Positions 1 through 7,444 of a DNA stretch of 41,802 nucleotides are shown here, in pieces. The stretch spans positions 1-41,802 of the forward strand of contig JALWZJ010000149.1 of the NCBI GenBank assembly GCA_027002625.1. The letters are read 5' to 3'. A program made the translations under genes and the position numbers. The first letter of the stretch is position 1, and the number at the start of each line of letters is the position of its first letter. Source of the stretch: Campylobacterales bacterium. Its GTDB lineage: Bacteria; Campylobacterota; Campylobacteria; Campylobacterales; Nitratiruptoraceae. The notes under the pieces were generated by a model. The model made no database searches, was not told where the DNA came from, and saw nothing but the letters and a program-made list of their open reading frames with translations.

Positions 1-561
1 CCAAAAGAGCAGCGCATCCTTATCGAAAGAGGCGAAATGGTCACTAAAATCCTCGTCCACCACCCGCTTGAAAGTCTCGTACATCACCTCGCTCATCCCT
101 TTGGCATCTTTGGAGACAAAAAGCTCTTTTAGCCACTTCGCACCAAAGGGTTTGAGGGCTTTATAGAGCCCGATCTTTGCCCGCACACTCCAAGGCTTTG
201 CCACCGGTATACCAGCACTTGAGAGCAGGACCAAAAGATCTGGCCTTAGCAGGGTAGCCACCTTGCCACCGAAGGAGTGTCCCACCACTATCTGGGGCAT
301 TCTATCCAGACTTCGCAAAAAGAGCTGCACGATAGTGGCATAATCTTTTGTCGTCAGCACCGAATCGTTGGAACTTTTACCAAACCCTGGTAGATCGAGA
401 TAGAGCGAGCACCACCCATCCACTGGAGCGAAGGCTCTTCGCATCAGCTCCTTACTGCTCCCCCATCCATGCAAAAAAAGCAGCGTCGGCTCACCACTGC
501 CCACCATCTCATAGGAGATGTCGTATTGATTACCGTTATACTCTACCGTCCGAAGGGCCAA
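1..561 (-). CDS. Alpha/beta fold hydrolase (3' end runs off the window)
   Basis: Absent from the ORF track. Manual translation from TTG at 561 is open to position 1: MALRTVEY...LLFLHGWGSS...LDLPGFGKS...VVGHSFGGKVA, with the HGWG oxyanion loop and GxSxG nucleophile elbow. AAGGTG SD-like sequence upstream. Confidence 0.9.
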   Translation of the reverse strand, partial: MALRTVEYNGNQYDISYEMVGSGEPTLLFLHGWGSSKELMRRAFAPVDGWCSLYLDLPGFGKSSNDSVLTTKDYATIVQLFLRSLDRMPQIVVGHSFGGKVATLLRPDLLVLLSSAGIPVAKPWSVRAKIGLYKALKPFGAKWLKELFVSKDAKGMSEVMYETFKRVVDEDFSDHFASFDKDALLFW

Positions 562-580
562 ACTTCACCTTTTTGACACA

Positions 581-589
581 ATTTTACCA
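581..589 (-). promoter_or_regulatory. Extended -10 box (TGGTAAAAT) for the hydrolase
   Basis: TGnTAnAAT match about 20 nt upstream of the TTG start; this is the typical Campylobacterota sigma70 promoter form. Confidence 0.55.
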
Positions 590-606
590 TTTTTTCCATC
601 TATCTA

Positions 607-615
607 TGCTAAAAT
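607..615 (+). promoter_or_regulatory. Extended -10 box (TGCTAAAAT) for the OmpA-family gene
   Basis: TGnTAnAAT match 36 nt upstream of ATG 652; AAGGA SD present. Confidence 0.55.
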
Positions 616-651
616 ACTCTATCTCTCAACGACAACAAAAGGATAGAAACG

Positions 652-1806
652 ATGAAAAAAACTCTACTTTCTCTTGCTCTCGTCGGAGCTATGAGTCTTG
701 CGTATGCGGCCGATAACGCTTTCGAAGTGGGGATCCAAGGAAACTTAGGATTTACCGACAATAAAAGTCCTGTCAAAGACAACTTCAAGTCCTACGGTCT
801 TCGAGCCAACTACCGAATCTTGGAAAATGTGTTGGTGGGAGTGGAGTACGACAGAGCCGACGACCAGCGATATAGAGACAACATTGGCAAGAGCGATCTA
901 CAAAGCTACTTTCTTAATGCCGAATATGAAATAGGCGGCAATGAAAACTATACCCCCTACGCCATCACCGGTATCGGATACCAAGATATCGACAAGGAGA
1001 TCGCGGGCCGGTTCGAAAGCGGTATGGTGGCCCAAGTGGGTGCCGGATGGAAATGGCATCTACTCGATTTTTTGGATCTTTTCGTAGAGGGCAAATATAT
1101 CCGAGATTTCGAAAACACGATGGACAACTTTGCGATGACAGCCGGTCTGACCATCCCTTTTGGTGGTAGCCAAGCACCCAAAGCGGCTCCTGTGAGTGAC
1201 AGCGACAACGACGGAGTGAGTGACGACAAAGATATGTGTCCAAACACACCGACAGGTGTAGAGGTAGACGCCAAAGGATGTCCAATAGACAGCGACCATG
1301 ACGGTGTACCAAACGGACTGGACAAATGCCCGAACACTCCTCCAAATATAAAAGTGGACTCCAAAGGATGCCCAGTAGTAGTGGACAGCGACCACGACGG
1401 TGTACCCGACAATCTCGACAAATGCCCAGATACTCCATCAGGCGTGGCGGTCGACAAGCATGGGTGTCCCATCATCATTAATCTCCAGATCAACTTCGAT
1501 TTCGACAGTGCAAAAGTGAAACCGGAATATATGACAAAGATCAAAGAGGTAGTGGAGTTTCTCAAAGCAAATCCCGCCTACAAAGCCGAAATCCAAGGCC
1601 ATACCGACAATATAGGACCAGCCAGCTACAACAAAAAACTCTCCGAAAAAAGAGCCAAAGCGGTCTACGACATCATGGTGAAAATGGGTATCGATCCAAG
1701 TCGTCTTAGCTACATCGGCTATGGCGAAGAACACCCCATCGCTTCCAACGCTACTCCTGAAGGTAGGGCCAAAAACAGACGAGTGGAAGTCCACCTACTC
1801 TACTAA
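652..1806 (+). CDS. OmpA family outer-membrane protein (CadF/OprF-like): beta-barrel, thrombospondin type-3 repeats, OmpA_C domain
   Basis: Signal peptide; amphipathic beta-strand N-domain; three D-x-D-x-D-G-V...C-P repeats; C-terminal INFDFDS, GHTD, LSEKRA and NRRVE peptidoglycan-binding motifs. Confidence 0.92.
   Translation: MKKTLLSLALVGAMSLAYAADNAFEVGIQGNLGFTDNKSPVKDNFKSYGLRANYRILENVLVGVEYDRADDQRYRDNIGKSDLQSYFLNAEYEIGGNENYTPYAITGIGYQDIDKEIAGRFESGMVAQVGAGWKWHLLDFLDLFVEGKYIRDFENTMDNFAMTAGLTIPFGGSQAPKAAPVSDSDNDGVSDDKDMCPNTPTGVEVDAKGCPIDSDHDGVPNGLDKCPNTPPNIKVDSKGCPVVVDSDHDGVPDNLDKCPDTPSGVAVDKHGCPIIINLQINFDFDSAKVKPEYMTKIKEVVEFLKANPAYKAEIQGHTDNIGPASYNKKLSEKRAKAVYDIMVKMGIDPSRLSYIGYGEEHPIASNATPEGRAKNRRVEVHLLY
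1198..1470 (+). repeat. Three tandem ~29-aa TSP3-like (Ca-binding) coding repeats
   Basis: DSDNDGVSDDKDMCPNTPTGVEVDAKGCP / DSDHDGVPNGLDKCPNTPPNIKVDSKGCP / DSDHDGVPDNLDKCPDTPSGVAVDKHGCP, starting at 1198, 1288 and 1384. Confidence 0.9.
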
Positions 1807-2916
1807 TCTCTTCATACCTTTGGCAGCCGCGTATGCGCTGCTAAAGGCCCACTGAAAGTTGTACCCTCCAAGCTCGCCCGTCACATCCAGTACCTCTCCA
1901 GCAAAAAAGAGTCCAGGCGCAAGACGGCTTTGCATATTTTCATCGATTTCACTCAGCGACACACCCCCTTTGGTCACCTCCGCCCTTTCAAATCCAAAAG
2001 TACCTGCCGGAGCGAAAGGGTAGTGACAGAGTAGCTCCAGTCTCTTTTTCTCCTCTTGGCTCAGTTCACCCACCTTTTTGTCCTCTACACCGATACTTTT
2101 CAAAAAGGCCTTGACGAACCGCTTGGGAAGTGGCAGCTGGGTGGAGATGATCTTATGGGGTGAAAGCTTGGGGAGTTTTGGCAAAAAGGAGAGGATGATA
2201 GCCCCTCTCTCCCAATAGAGCGAGGCGTTGAGGATCGCCGGGCCACTGATCCCTTTGTGGGCGAAGAGGATATCGTCCTCGAAGAGTTTACCACCCACCT
2301 CCACCTTGACTCGCATCGATATGCCAGCAAGCTCCTTGAACCAAAACTGCTCCTTTTGGACCGTGAGCCCCACCAGGGCCGGGCGCAAAGGGATGATGGT
2401 ATGGCCAAAACTTTTGGCGATCTCGTAGCCAATGCCTGAAGCGCCTATTTTTTTGTAGCTCAGCCCTCCGCTGGCGATTAGCACCGTTTTGGCCAAAAAG
2501 TTGCCTTTGGTGGTATGGACCACAAAACCCTGATTGGTTTTTTCCACACTCTCCACTTCACAGCCAAGCTCAATTTGAGGCCTATTGGAGAGCAAGATAT
2601 CTATAAGCTCACTTGAAGAATGGGGACAAAAGTATTGCCCCTTTTTGCGTATTACCGGACGACACCCCTTTTTGGCTAAAAACTCTAAAAGCTTCCTGTT
2701 GTCGAACTTTTCCAAGATCTTATGCACGAAGCTTGGATCACTGCTGTGGTAGTGGTCGGCCGATACCGCTTTGTTGGTGACGTTGCATTTGCCGCCACCA
2801 CTGATTTTGATCTTTTGGGCCGGTTTTGGATTGTGCTCCAAAATTGTAGCGTTTGGAAGATAGATAGAAGCAAAAAGGCCGGCGGCCCCGCCGCCGATGA
2901 TGATGGTATCTCTCAC
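1795..2916 (-). CDS. HI0933/YhiN (BaiN-like) NAD(P)/FAD-dependent flavoprotein
   Basis: IIGGGAAG, KISGGGKCNVTN, GISGPAIL, VTKGGV and GEVLDVTGELGGYNFQWAFSS motifs. Confidence 0.92.
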   Translation of the reverse strand: MRDTIIIGGGAAGLFASIYLPNATILEHNPKPAQKIKISGGGKCNVTNKAVSADHYHSSDPSFVHKILEKFDNRKLLEFLAKKGCRPVIRKKGQYFCPHSSSELIDILLSNRPQIELGCEVESVEKTNQGFVVHTTKGNFLAKTVLIASGGLSYKKIGASGIGYEIAKSFGHTIIPLRPALVGLTVQKEQFWFKELAGISMRVKVEVGGKLFEDDILFAHKGISGPAILNASLYWERGAIILSFLPKLPKLSPHKIISTQLPLPKRFVKAFLKSIGVEDKKVGELSQEEKKRLELLCHYPFAPAGTFGFERAEVTKGGVSLSEIDENMQSRLAPGLFFAGEVLDVTGELGGYNFQWAFSSAYAAAKGMKRLVE

Positions 2917-3932
2917 TTCTTGGCCGAGATGGAGGAGATGTAGCGATACTCTATAGAGATTTTTCTACTCTTTGGCAGATGGGAGGCCAGACGCTCCAAA
3001 ACGGCCGCAAAATCATCGAAGAGATAGTTGGCCAAACTTCCTGGCACTGCATTGATCTCGTTGAGATAGAGCTCATCTTCATGCACGAAAAAGTCCATCC
3101 GCACAAGCGAGCCCAAAAAGAGTGGATCGTAGACTTTGGCGAAAGCCTCTTGCATCCGCTTTTGCAAATCGGTGGGCAGGTCGGCGCTGGCCACCTTTTC
3201 TCTGGCAAAATCCATATATTTTTGCTCGAAATCGAGCAGACTCCCCTTTTGCACCCTCTCTATACGAGAAAAGTAAAAATCTTGGGCCCTACATCCAGCC
3301 AGATTGTACTCTTCGATTCCCTCAATAAAAGGCTCCACGAGCACCTCATCGTCAAACTCGAAAGCCACATCGAGCCCATATTCTAACTCCTCTTTATTTT
3401 TGGCCACAGCCAGGCCTATACTGGAGCCAAGATGTAATGGCTTGATAATGACAGGAAACTCGAACTCCAGCTCCCTTGGCTCCCCTCGTCGCAGCAGCTG
3501 ATAGGGCAGCACCCTCACTCCCACCTCTTTGGCGTAGAGCTTGGTCAGCATCTTGTTAAATCCCACCACCGAGGCCTCTATCCTGGGACCGATATAGGGA
3601 ATCTCATAGAAATCCAAGAGGGCGGCGATATGTCCATCCTCTCCATCCCCTCCATGTATCAGATTGAGCGCCACATCCGCCTCAATTCTTTTAGAGCCCA
3701 GCAGCCCTTTGAGATAGAACCCTCCTTTTTGTAGCTGGACTTTTGGCATCTTTTTATATTCGCCCTTGATAAACAGATCGGCCCTGAGAGCCTTTGGCTC
3801 TATCAGATACCACTCGTGTTCCTCGTCCAAAAACAAAAACTTCGCGTCGATGAGCTCTTTTAGCGCAATGGCACTGACGATACTGATCTCATGCTCATAG
3901 CTTCTGCCTCCAAAGAGCACCATATACTTCAT
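2913..3932 (-). CDS. ddl: D-alanine--D-alanine ligase
   Basis: FGGRSYEHEISIVSA, IHGGDGEDG, KP-x3-GSSIG and NEINAVPG motifs. ATG 3932 follows a GGAG SD. Confidence 0.95.
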   Translation of the reverse strand: MKYMVLFGGRSYEHEISIVSAIALKELIDAKFLFLDEEHEWYLIEPKALRADLFIKGEYKKMPKVQLQKGGFYLKGLLGSKRIEADVALNLIHGGDGEDGHIAALLDFYEIPYIGPRIEASVVGFNKMLTKLYAKEVGVRVLPYQLLRRGEPRELEFEFPVIIKPLHLGSSIGLAVAKNKEELEYGLDVAFEFDDEVLVEPFIEGIEEYNLAGCRAQDFYFSRIERVQKGSLLDFEQKYMDFAREKVASADLPTDLQKRMQEAFAKVYDPLFLGSLVRMDFFVHEDELYLNEINAVPGSLANYLFDDFAAVLERLASHLPKSRKISIEYRYISSISAKK

Positions 3933-3940
3933 ACTCACTC

Positions 3941-4504
3941 CTAAATCTTTTGTATCTTTTTCAAAGCCTCTTTGACCAGCCCTGCCGTATCCGTAGCCTC
4001 ACACTGGGCGAGTACCTTTTGGATCTGCTCTTTTTTAAATCCCAGGCTCTCCAGCGCTTTTGCAGCCTGCGACGCCGCCTCGTCCACCACCCCACTGGTC
4101 TGCAGCTCGAACTCCCCAAGCTCCACCAATATCCGCTGGGCGCTTTTTGGCCCGATACCAGGCACTTTTTTGAGTTTCGCCACACTCTTTTGGCGTACCG
4201 CCTCGACAAACTCAGATGGCTTGAAAGTGGAGCATATGGCCAAAGCCACCTTGGGTCCCACGCCGCTGAGGCGAATGAGGCGATCGAAAAGCCGCTTCTC
4301 TTCTTCGGTAGCGAAGCCATAGAGACTCTCGCTATCTTCACGGATGATATGGGTAGTATGCAAAAATATCTCACTTTTGTCCATGCAATCTAACTGAGCA
4401 CTGGTATTGAGAGATATGAAGACCTCGTAGACCACTCCATGTACTTCGATATGTACGGAAGTGGGCTCTTTTTTTAGGATACGTCCTCGCAGACCTACGA
4501 TCAA
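3941..4504 (-). CDS. ruvA: Holliday junction branch migration protein RuvA
   Basis: MI-x-LRG start, IREDSESLYGF, two HhH motifs (SGVGPK, PGIGPK), C-terminal ALESLGF. TTG start with AAGGAG SD. Confidence 0.96.
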   Translation of the reverse strand: MIVGLRGRILKKEPTSVHIEVHGVVYEVFISLNTSAQLDCMDKSEIFLHTTHIIREDSESLYGFATEEEKRLFDRLIRLSGVGPKVALAICSTFKPSEFVEAVRQKSVAKLKKVPGIGPKSAQRILVELGEFELQTSGVVDEAASQAAKALESLGFKKEQIQKVLAQCEATDTAGLVKEALKKIQKI

Positions 4505-4511
4505 TGGAGCT

Positions 4512-4799
4512 CCTTTATAAAGTCAAAGAAAAATGACAAATAGAGCGAAAACTTTGCAATTTTAACTTGAAAATTTTATGCTGGCCTTTGGCCAAAAAAG
4601 TGCGCCCAACCCGAAGGGCGCCCTACAGGCGTAGGCTATGCAAGTTTGCATAAACGCCTCGCCGTGCGGAGCTACGAAGGATAAGCAGTTATCCTTCGTA
4701 ACGCTCCTCCCGTTCGCACTTTTTAATAAAATTTTCAAGAGGTGCGCAAGCAAAAATTGCAACTCGTTTGAGCGAGATTTGATCATTTTTCTATAAAAA
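4512..4799. repeat. Nested multi-branch palindromic element (MITE/REP-like insertion or structured 5' leader)
   Basis: Nested inverted pairs read directly: 4528-4541/4777-4791 (one-nt indel), 4554-4563/4753-4762, 4566-4579/4726-4739 (14 bp perfect), 4595-4604/4715-4724. Inner hairpins at 4582-4594, 4627-4659 and 4668-4707 (12-bp perfect core). Function unknown. Confidence 0.8.
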
Positions 4800-4808
4800 T
4801 TTGCAGCG

Positions 4809-4814
4809 ATTGTA
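4809..4814 (-). promoter_or_regulatory. Candidate -10 box (TACAAT) for the ruvA-ddl operon
   Basis: TGGT-TACAAT on the minus strand immediately outside the palindromic element. Confidence 0.4.
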
Positions 4815-4832
4815 ACCAATCTCCTCTTAATG

Positions 4833-4838
4833 TATAAT
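4833..4838 (+). promoter_or_regulatory. -10 box (TATAAT) for the MFS gene, probably a leaderless transcript
   Basis: Perfect TATAAT with 7 nt between it and ATG 4846; no SD. Confidence 0.55.
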
Positions 4839-4845
4839 TACGCTA

Positions 4846-6045
4846 ATGTATGCCAAAAACAATCTAAAAAACGTACTCCACGGCTTTTTCTTGGCCGTGG
4901 CCCTCACCATCGCCGAGCCTTCGACCACGCTGCCGCTCATCATCCACCACTTTAGCCAAAACGTGGCGATCGTGGGAGTCTTTACCTCCTTGCTTCGGGG
5001 CGGAGCTATCTTGGTGCAGCTCTTTGCGGCCTTTTACGCCCAGAGTTTTCGCTACGTGATGCCCTATCTGCGCCTTGTCTTTTTGGCCAGATTTCTTAGC
5101 TGGCTGGGTATCGGGCTTGCCATCTACTTTTTTGGCTCCACGCACCCCACCCTCACCCTTTGGCTTATCGGTATGGGGCTCTTTTTTTTCAGCTTCAGTG
5201 CCGGATTTGGCAGTATCTACTTCAACGAGATTTTGGCCAAAGTCTTCAGTCACGAGCTTCGGGGCCGCTCCATGGCCAACCGCCAATTTTTTGCCGCCAT
5301 CGGCTCGATCCTAAGCGGTCTGGCGGCCGGCTGGATACTGCAGCATTTCGAGCCACCTCACAGCTACGCCTATCTTTTTATCGTCAGCGCCTTTTTTATG
5401 GGGCTTGGACTTTTGGCTTTTTCCACCATCGAGGAGCCGCCCAAAGAGAGTATCAGCCAAAAAGAAAAGAGCTTTTTCGAGTTTTTGCGCAACGCTTTTG
5501 CTCTGCTCAAAGAGGATAAACGACTCCAGATCCAGATCGTCACCGTACTACTCAGCTACTCCTTTTTATTTGGCTTCGCCTTTGTGATCTTGCAAGCCAA
5601 AGAGCATATCGAGCTCACCGGCTGGCTGGTGGGTGGATTTATCGTGGTACAAATGGGTGGAGCCCTGCTGGGCAACCTCATCTGGCGCCGCCTCTCTCCA
5701 CGATACAAGCAGATCATGATCGCCTCTTTTTTGCTCGCCATCCTCGCCTATGCCTCTTTGCTTCTATCTCATGGGAAGCTTAGCTACTTTTTTGCTTTTT
5801 TCGCTCTGGGGATGGCGATAGATGGCTTTCGGATATCTACGATGAATCTGCTGCTACTCATCGCCCCAGAGTCCAAACGCCCCGTCTACATCGCCTTGCA
5901 AAACAATCTCACCTCCATCGGCCTCTTTTTTGCCATTCCAGGTGGCCTCATCCTCAAAACCTTTGGCTACGAGGTGCTCTATAGCTTTACCATCGCCATG
6001 CTTGGGCTCGGCCTCTATTTCGCCACAAGGCTCAAAGTTGATTAA
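4846..6045 (+). CDS. MFS transporter (about 12 TM, substrate unknown)
   Basis: 399 aa with about 12 hydrophobic segments; MFS-type loops ELRGRSMA and APESKRPVYIAL. Confidence 0.85.
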   Translation: MYAKNNLKNVLHGFFLAVALTIAEPSTTLPLIIHHFSQNVAIVGVFTSLLRGGAILVQLFAAFYAQSFRYVMPYLRLVFLARFLSWLGIGLAIYFFGSTHPTLTLWLIGMGLFFFSFSAGFGSIYFNEILAKVFSHELRGRSMANRQFFAAIGSILSGLAAGWILQHFEPPHSYAYLFIVSAFFMGLGLLAFSTIEEPPKESISQKEKSFFEFLRNAFALLKEDKRLQIQIVTVLLSYSFLFGFAFVILQAKEHIELTGWLVGGFIVVQMGGALLGNLIWRRLSPRYKQIMIASFLLAILAYASLLLSHGKLSYFFAFFALGMAIDGFRISTMNLLLLIAPESKRPVYIALQNNLTSIGLFFAIPGGLILKTFGYEVLYSFTIAMLGLGLYFATRLKVD

Positions 6046-7444
6046 AAAGATATTTACCAATAGTGCGGGCATACTGCTTAGCCGTATACTTGGCTTCATC
6101 CGAGACCTACTCACCGCCTCCATCCTTGGCGCCAATATCTACAGCGATATCTTCTTCGTCGCTTTCAAGCTCCCAAACCTTTTTCGCCGCATCTTTGGCG
6201 AGGGGGCCTTTGTGCAAAGCTTCTTGCCCTCTTTTAGCGCCTCACGGCATAAGGCTCTTTTTAGCGCCGCTATCTTTTGGCGCTTTTTTTGGCTCATTTT
6301 AGGGCTCTCACTCCTTGTCACTCTCTTTAATGAGTTTTTCACTCGCCTCATCGCTCTGGGTTTCAACGAGCGACTCATCGAGCTTGCGGCCCCTTATGTA
6401 GCGCTCAATTTCTACTATCTGGACCTCATCTTTTGCGTCACTTTCCTCGCAGCCTTACTACAGTACAAAGAGCACTTCGCCACTACCGCCTTTTCCACCG
6501 CCTTGCTCAATCTCTCGCTCATCACAGCTCTTGTGCTTTTTGCCCACTCCGCCAAGCCCCAAATCGTCTGGGCGATGAGTGTGGCGGTGCTCATAGGCGG
6601 AGCGCTACAGCTACTTTTGCATCTGTGGATGGCAAAGCGCTTTGGGATCACTCGGTGGCTTTTGAAAGCTCTTGTGGTGCTTCCAAAGAAAAAGGCTCTT
6701 GTCCAAAAGGATCTGCAGCGCTTTTATCAAAACTTCTTCCCAGCCATCTGGGGCAACTCCACCGCCCAAATATCTGCTTTTTTGGATACTTGGCTGGCTT
6801 CTTTCTTGGCGGCTGGCTCTATCAGCTATCTTTACTACGCCAACAGGGTCTTCCAGCTGCCCCTGGCTCTTTTTGCCATCGCTACGGCTACGGCCCTTTT
6901 TCCCAGCGTCTCGAAAGCTTTGGCCAAAAAGGATGAGGCCAAAGCCCTCGCCTACTTTTCCAAAAGCTTCACGCTGCTTCTATGGCTGCTTAGTGCCAGC
7001 ACCCTTGGGGGCGTGATCCTCTCCAAAGAGATCGTCTGGCTACTCTTTGAGCGGGGCAACTTCACCAGAGCCGACACCCTGGCCGCATCCAAGGTTTTGG
7101 CCATGTACATGGTAGGACTGCTCCCCTATGGGCTATCGAAGCTGCTTTCTTTGTGGCTCTACGCTACCCACCGCCAAAAGGAGGCCGCCCGCATCGCCAC
7201 CTACTCTTTGGCCACCAATATCGTAGGCTCTTTGGTGCTGCTCTTTTTTTATCAAGCAGCCGGTCTGGCCCTGGCATCGAGCCTTGCTGGATGGGTGCTG
7301 CTATACAAAAATATCCAGCTTTTTGGCCAAAAACGCTTTTGGCAGCTTTGCCGCCAGGCGGTGTCGATGCGTGCTATACTTGCTATAATTGCGCTAACGA
7401 TTGCTTTGATTTTTATAAAAAAGGTGCTCGATGGTTATCTATGA
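6038..7444 (+). CDS. murJ: Lipid II flippase MurJ (MviN)
   Basis: SRILGFIRD, AFKLPNLFRRIFGEGAF, YLYYANRVFQLP and LFERGNF motifs. True start taken as TTG 6038, overlapping the MFS stop, rather than 5930. Confidence 0.95.
   Translation: MIKKIFTNSAGILLSRILGFIRDLLTASILGANIYSDIFFVAFKLPNLFRRIFGEGAFVQSFLPSFSASRHKALFSAAIFWRFFWLILGLSLLVTLFNEFFTRLIALGFNERLIELAAPYVALNFYYLDLIFCVTFLAALLQYKEHFATTAFSTALLNLSLITALVLFAHSAKPQIVWAMSVAVLIGGALQLLLHLWMAKRFGITRWLLKALVVLPKKKALVQKDLQRFYQNFFPAIWGNSTAQISAFLDTWLASFLAAGSISYLYYANRVFQLPLALFAIATATALFPSVSKALAKKDEAKALAYFSKSFTLLLWLLSASTLGGVILSKEIVWLLFERGNFTRADTLAASKVLAMYMVGLLPYGLSKLLSLWLYATHRQKEAARIATYSLATNIVGSLVLLFFYQAAGLALASSLAGWVLLYKNIQLFGQKRFWQLCRQAVSMRAILAIIALTIALIFIKKVLDGYL
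7381..7389 (+). promoter_or_regulatory. Internal extended -10 (TGCTATAAT) upstream of cysS
   Basis: Perfect TGnTATAAT inside the murJ 3' end, 41 nt before the cysS ATG, preceded by a tandem TGCTATACT (7372-7380). Confidence 0.55.

Noticed and set aside
348-716. 122-aa + strand ORF
   Set aside because: Antisense to the alpha/beta hydrolase (1-561) and crosses the divergent promoter region.
4512-4799. Possible tmRNA, RNase P, SRP, 6S RNA or CRISPR array
   Set aside because: No tRNA-like ends, no GAGGAAAGTCC, no SRP loop motif, branched rather than 6S-like rod, and no regularly spaced direct repeats.
4562-4819. 85-aa minus-strand ORF within the palindromic element
   Set aside because: TTG start without a clear SD and no motifs. 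The region is better explained by its nested inverted repeats, although translation cannot be excluded.
5930-6037. N-terminal extension of MurJ in the ORF track
   Set aside because: It overlaps the MFS coding region in another frame; MurJ similarity begins at about 6038.
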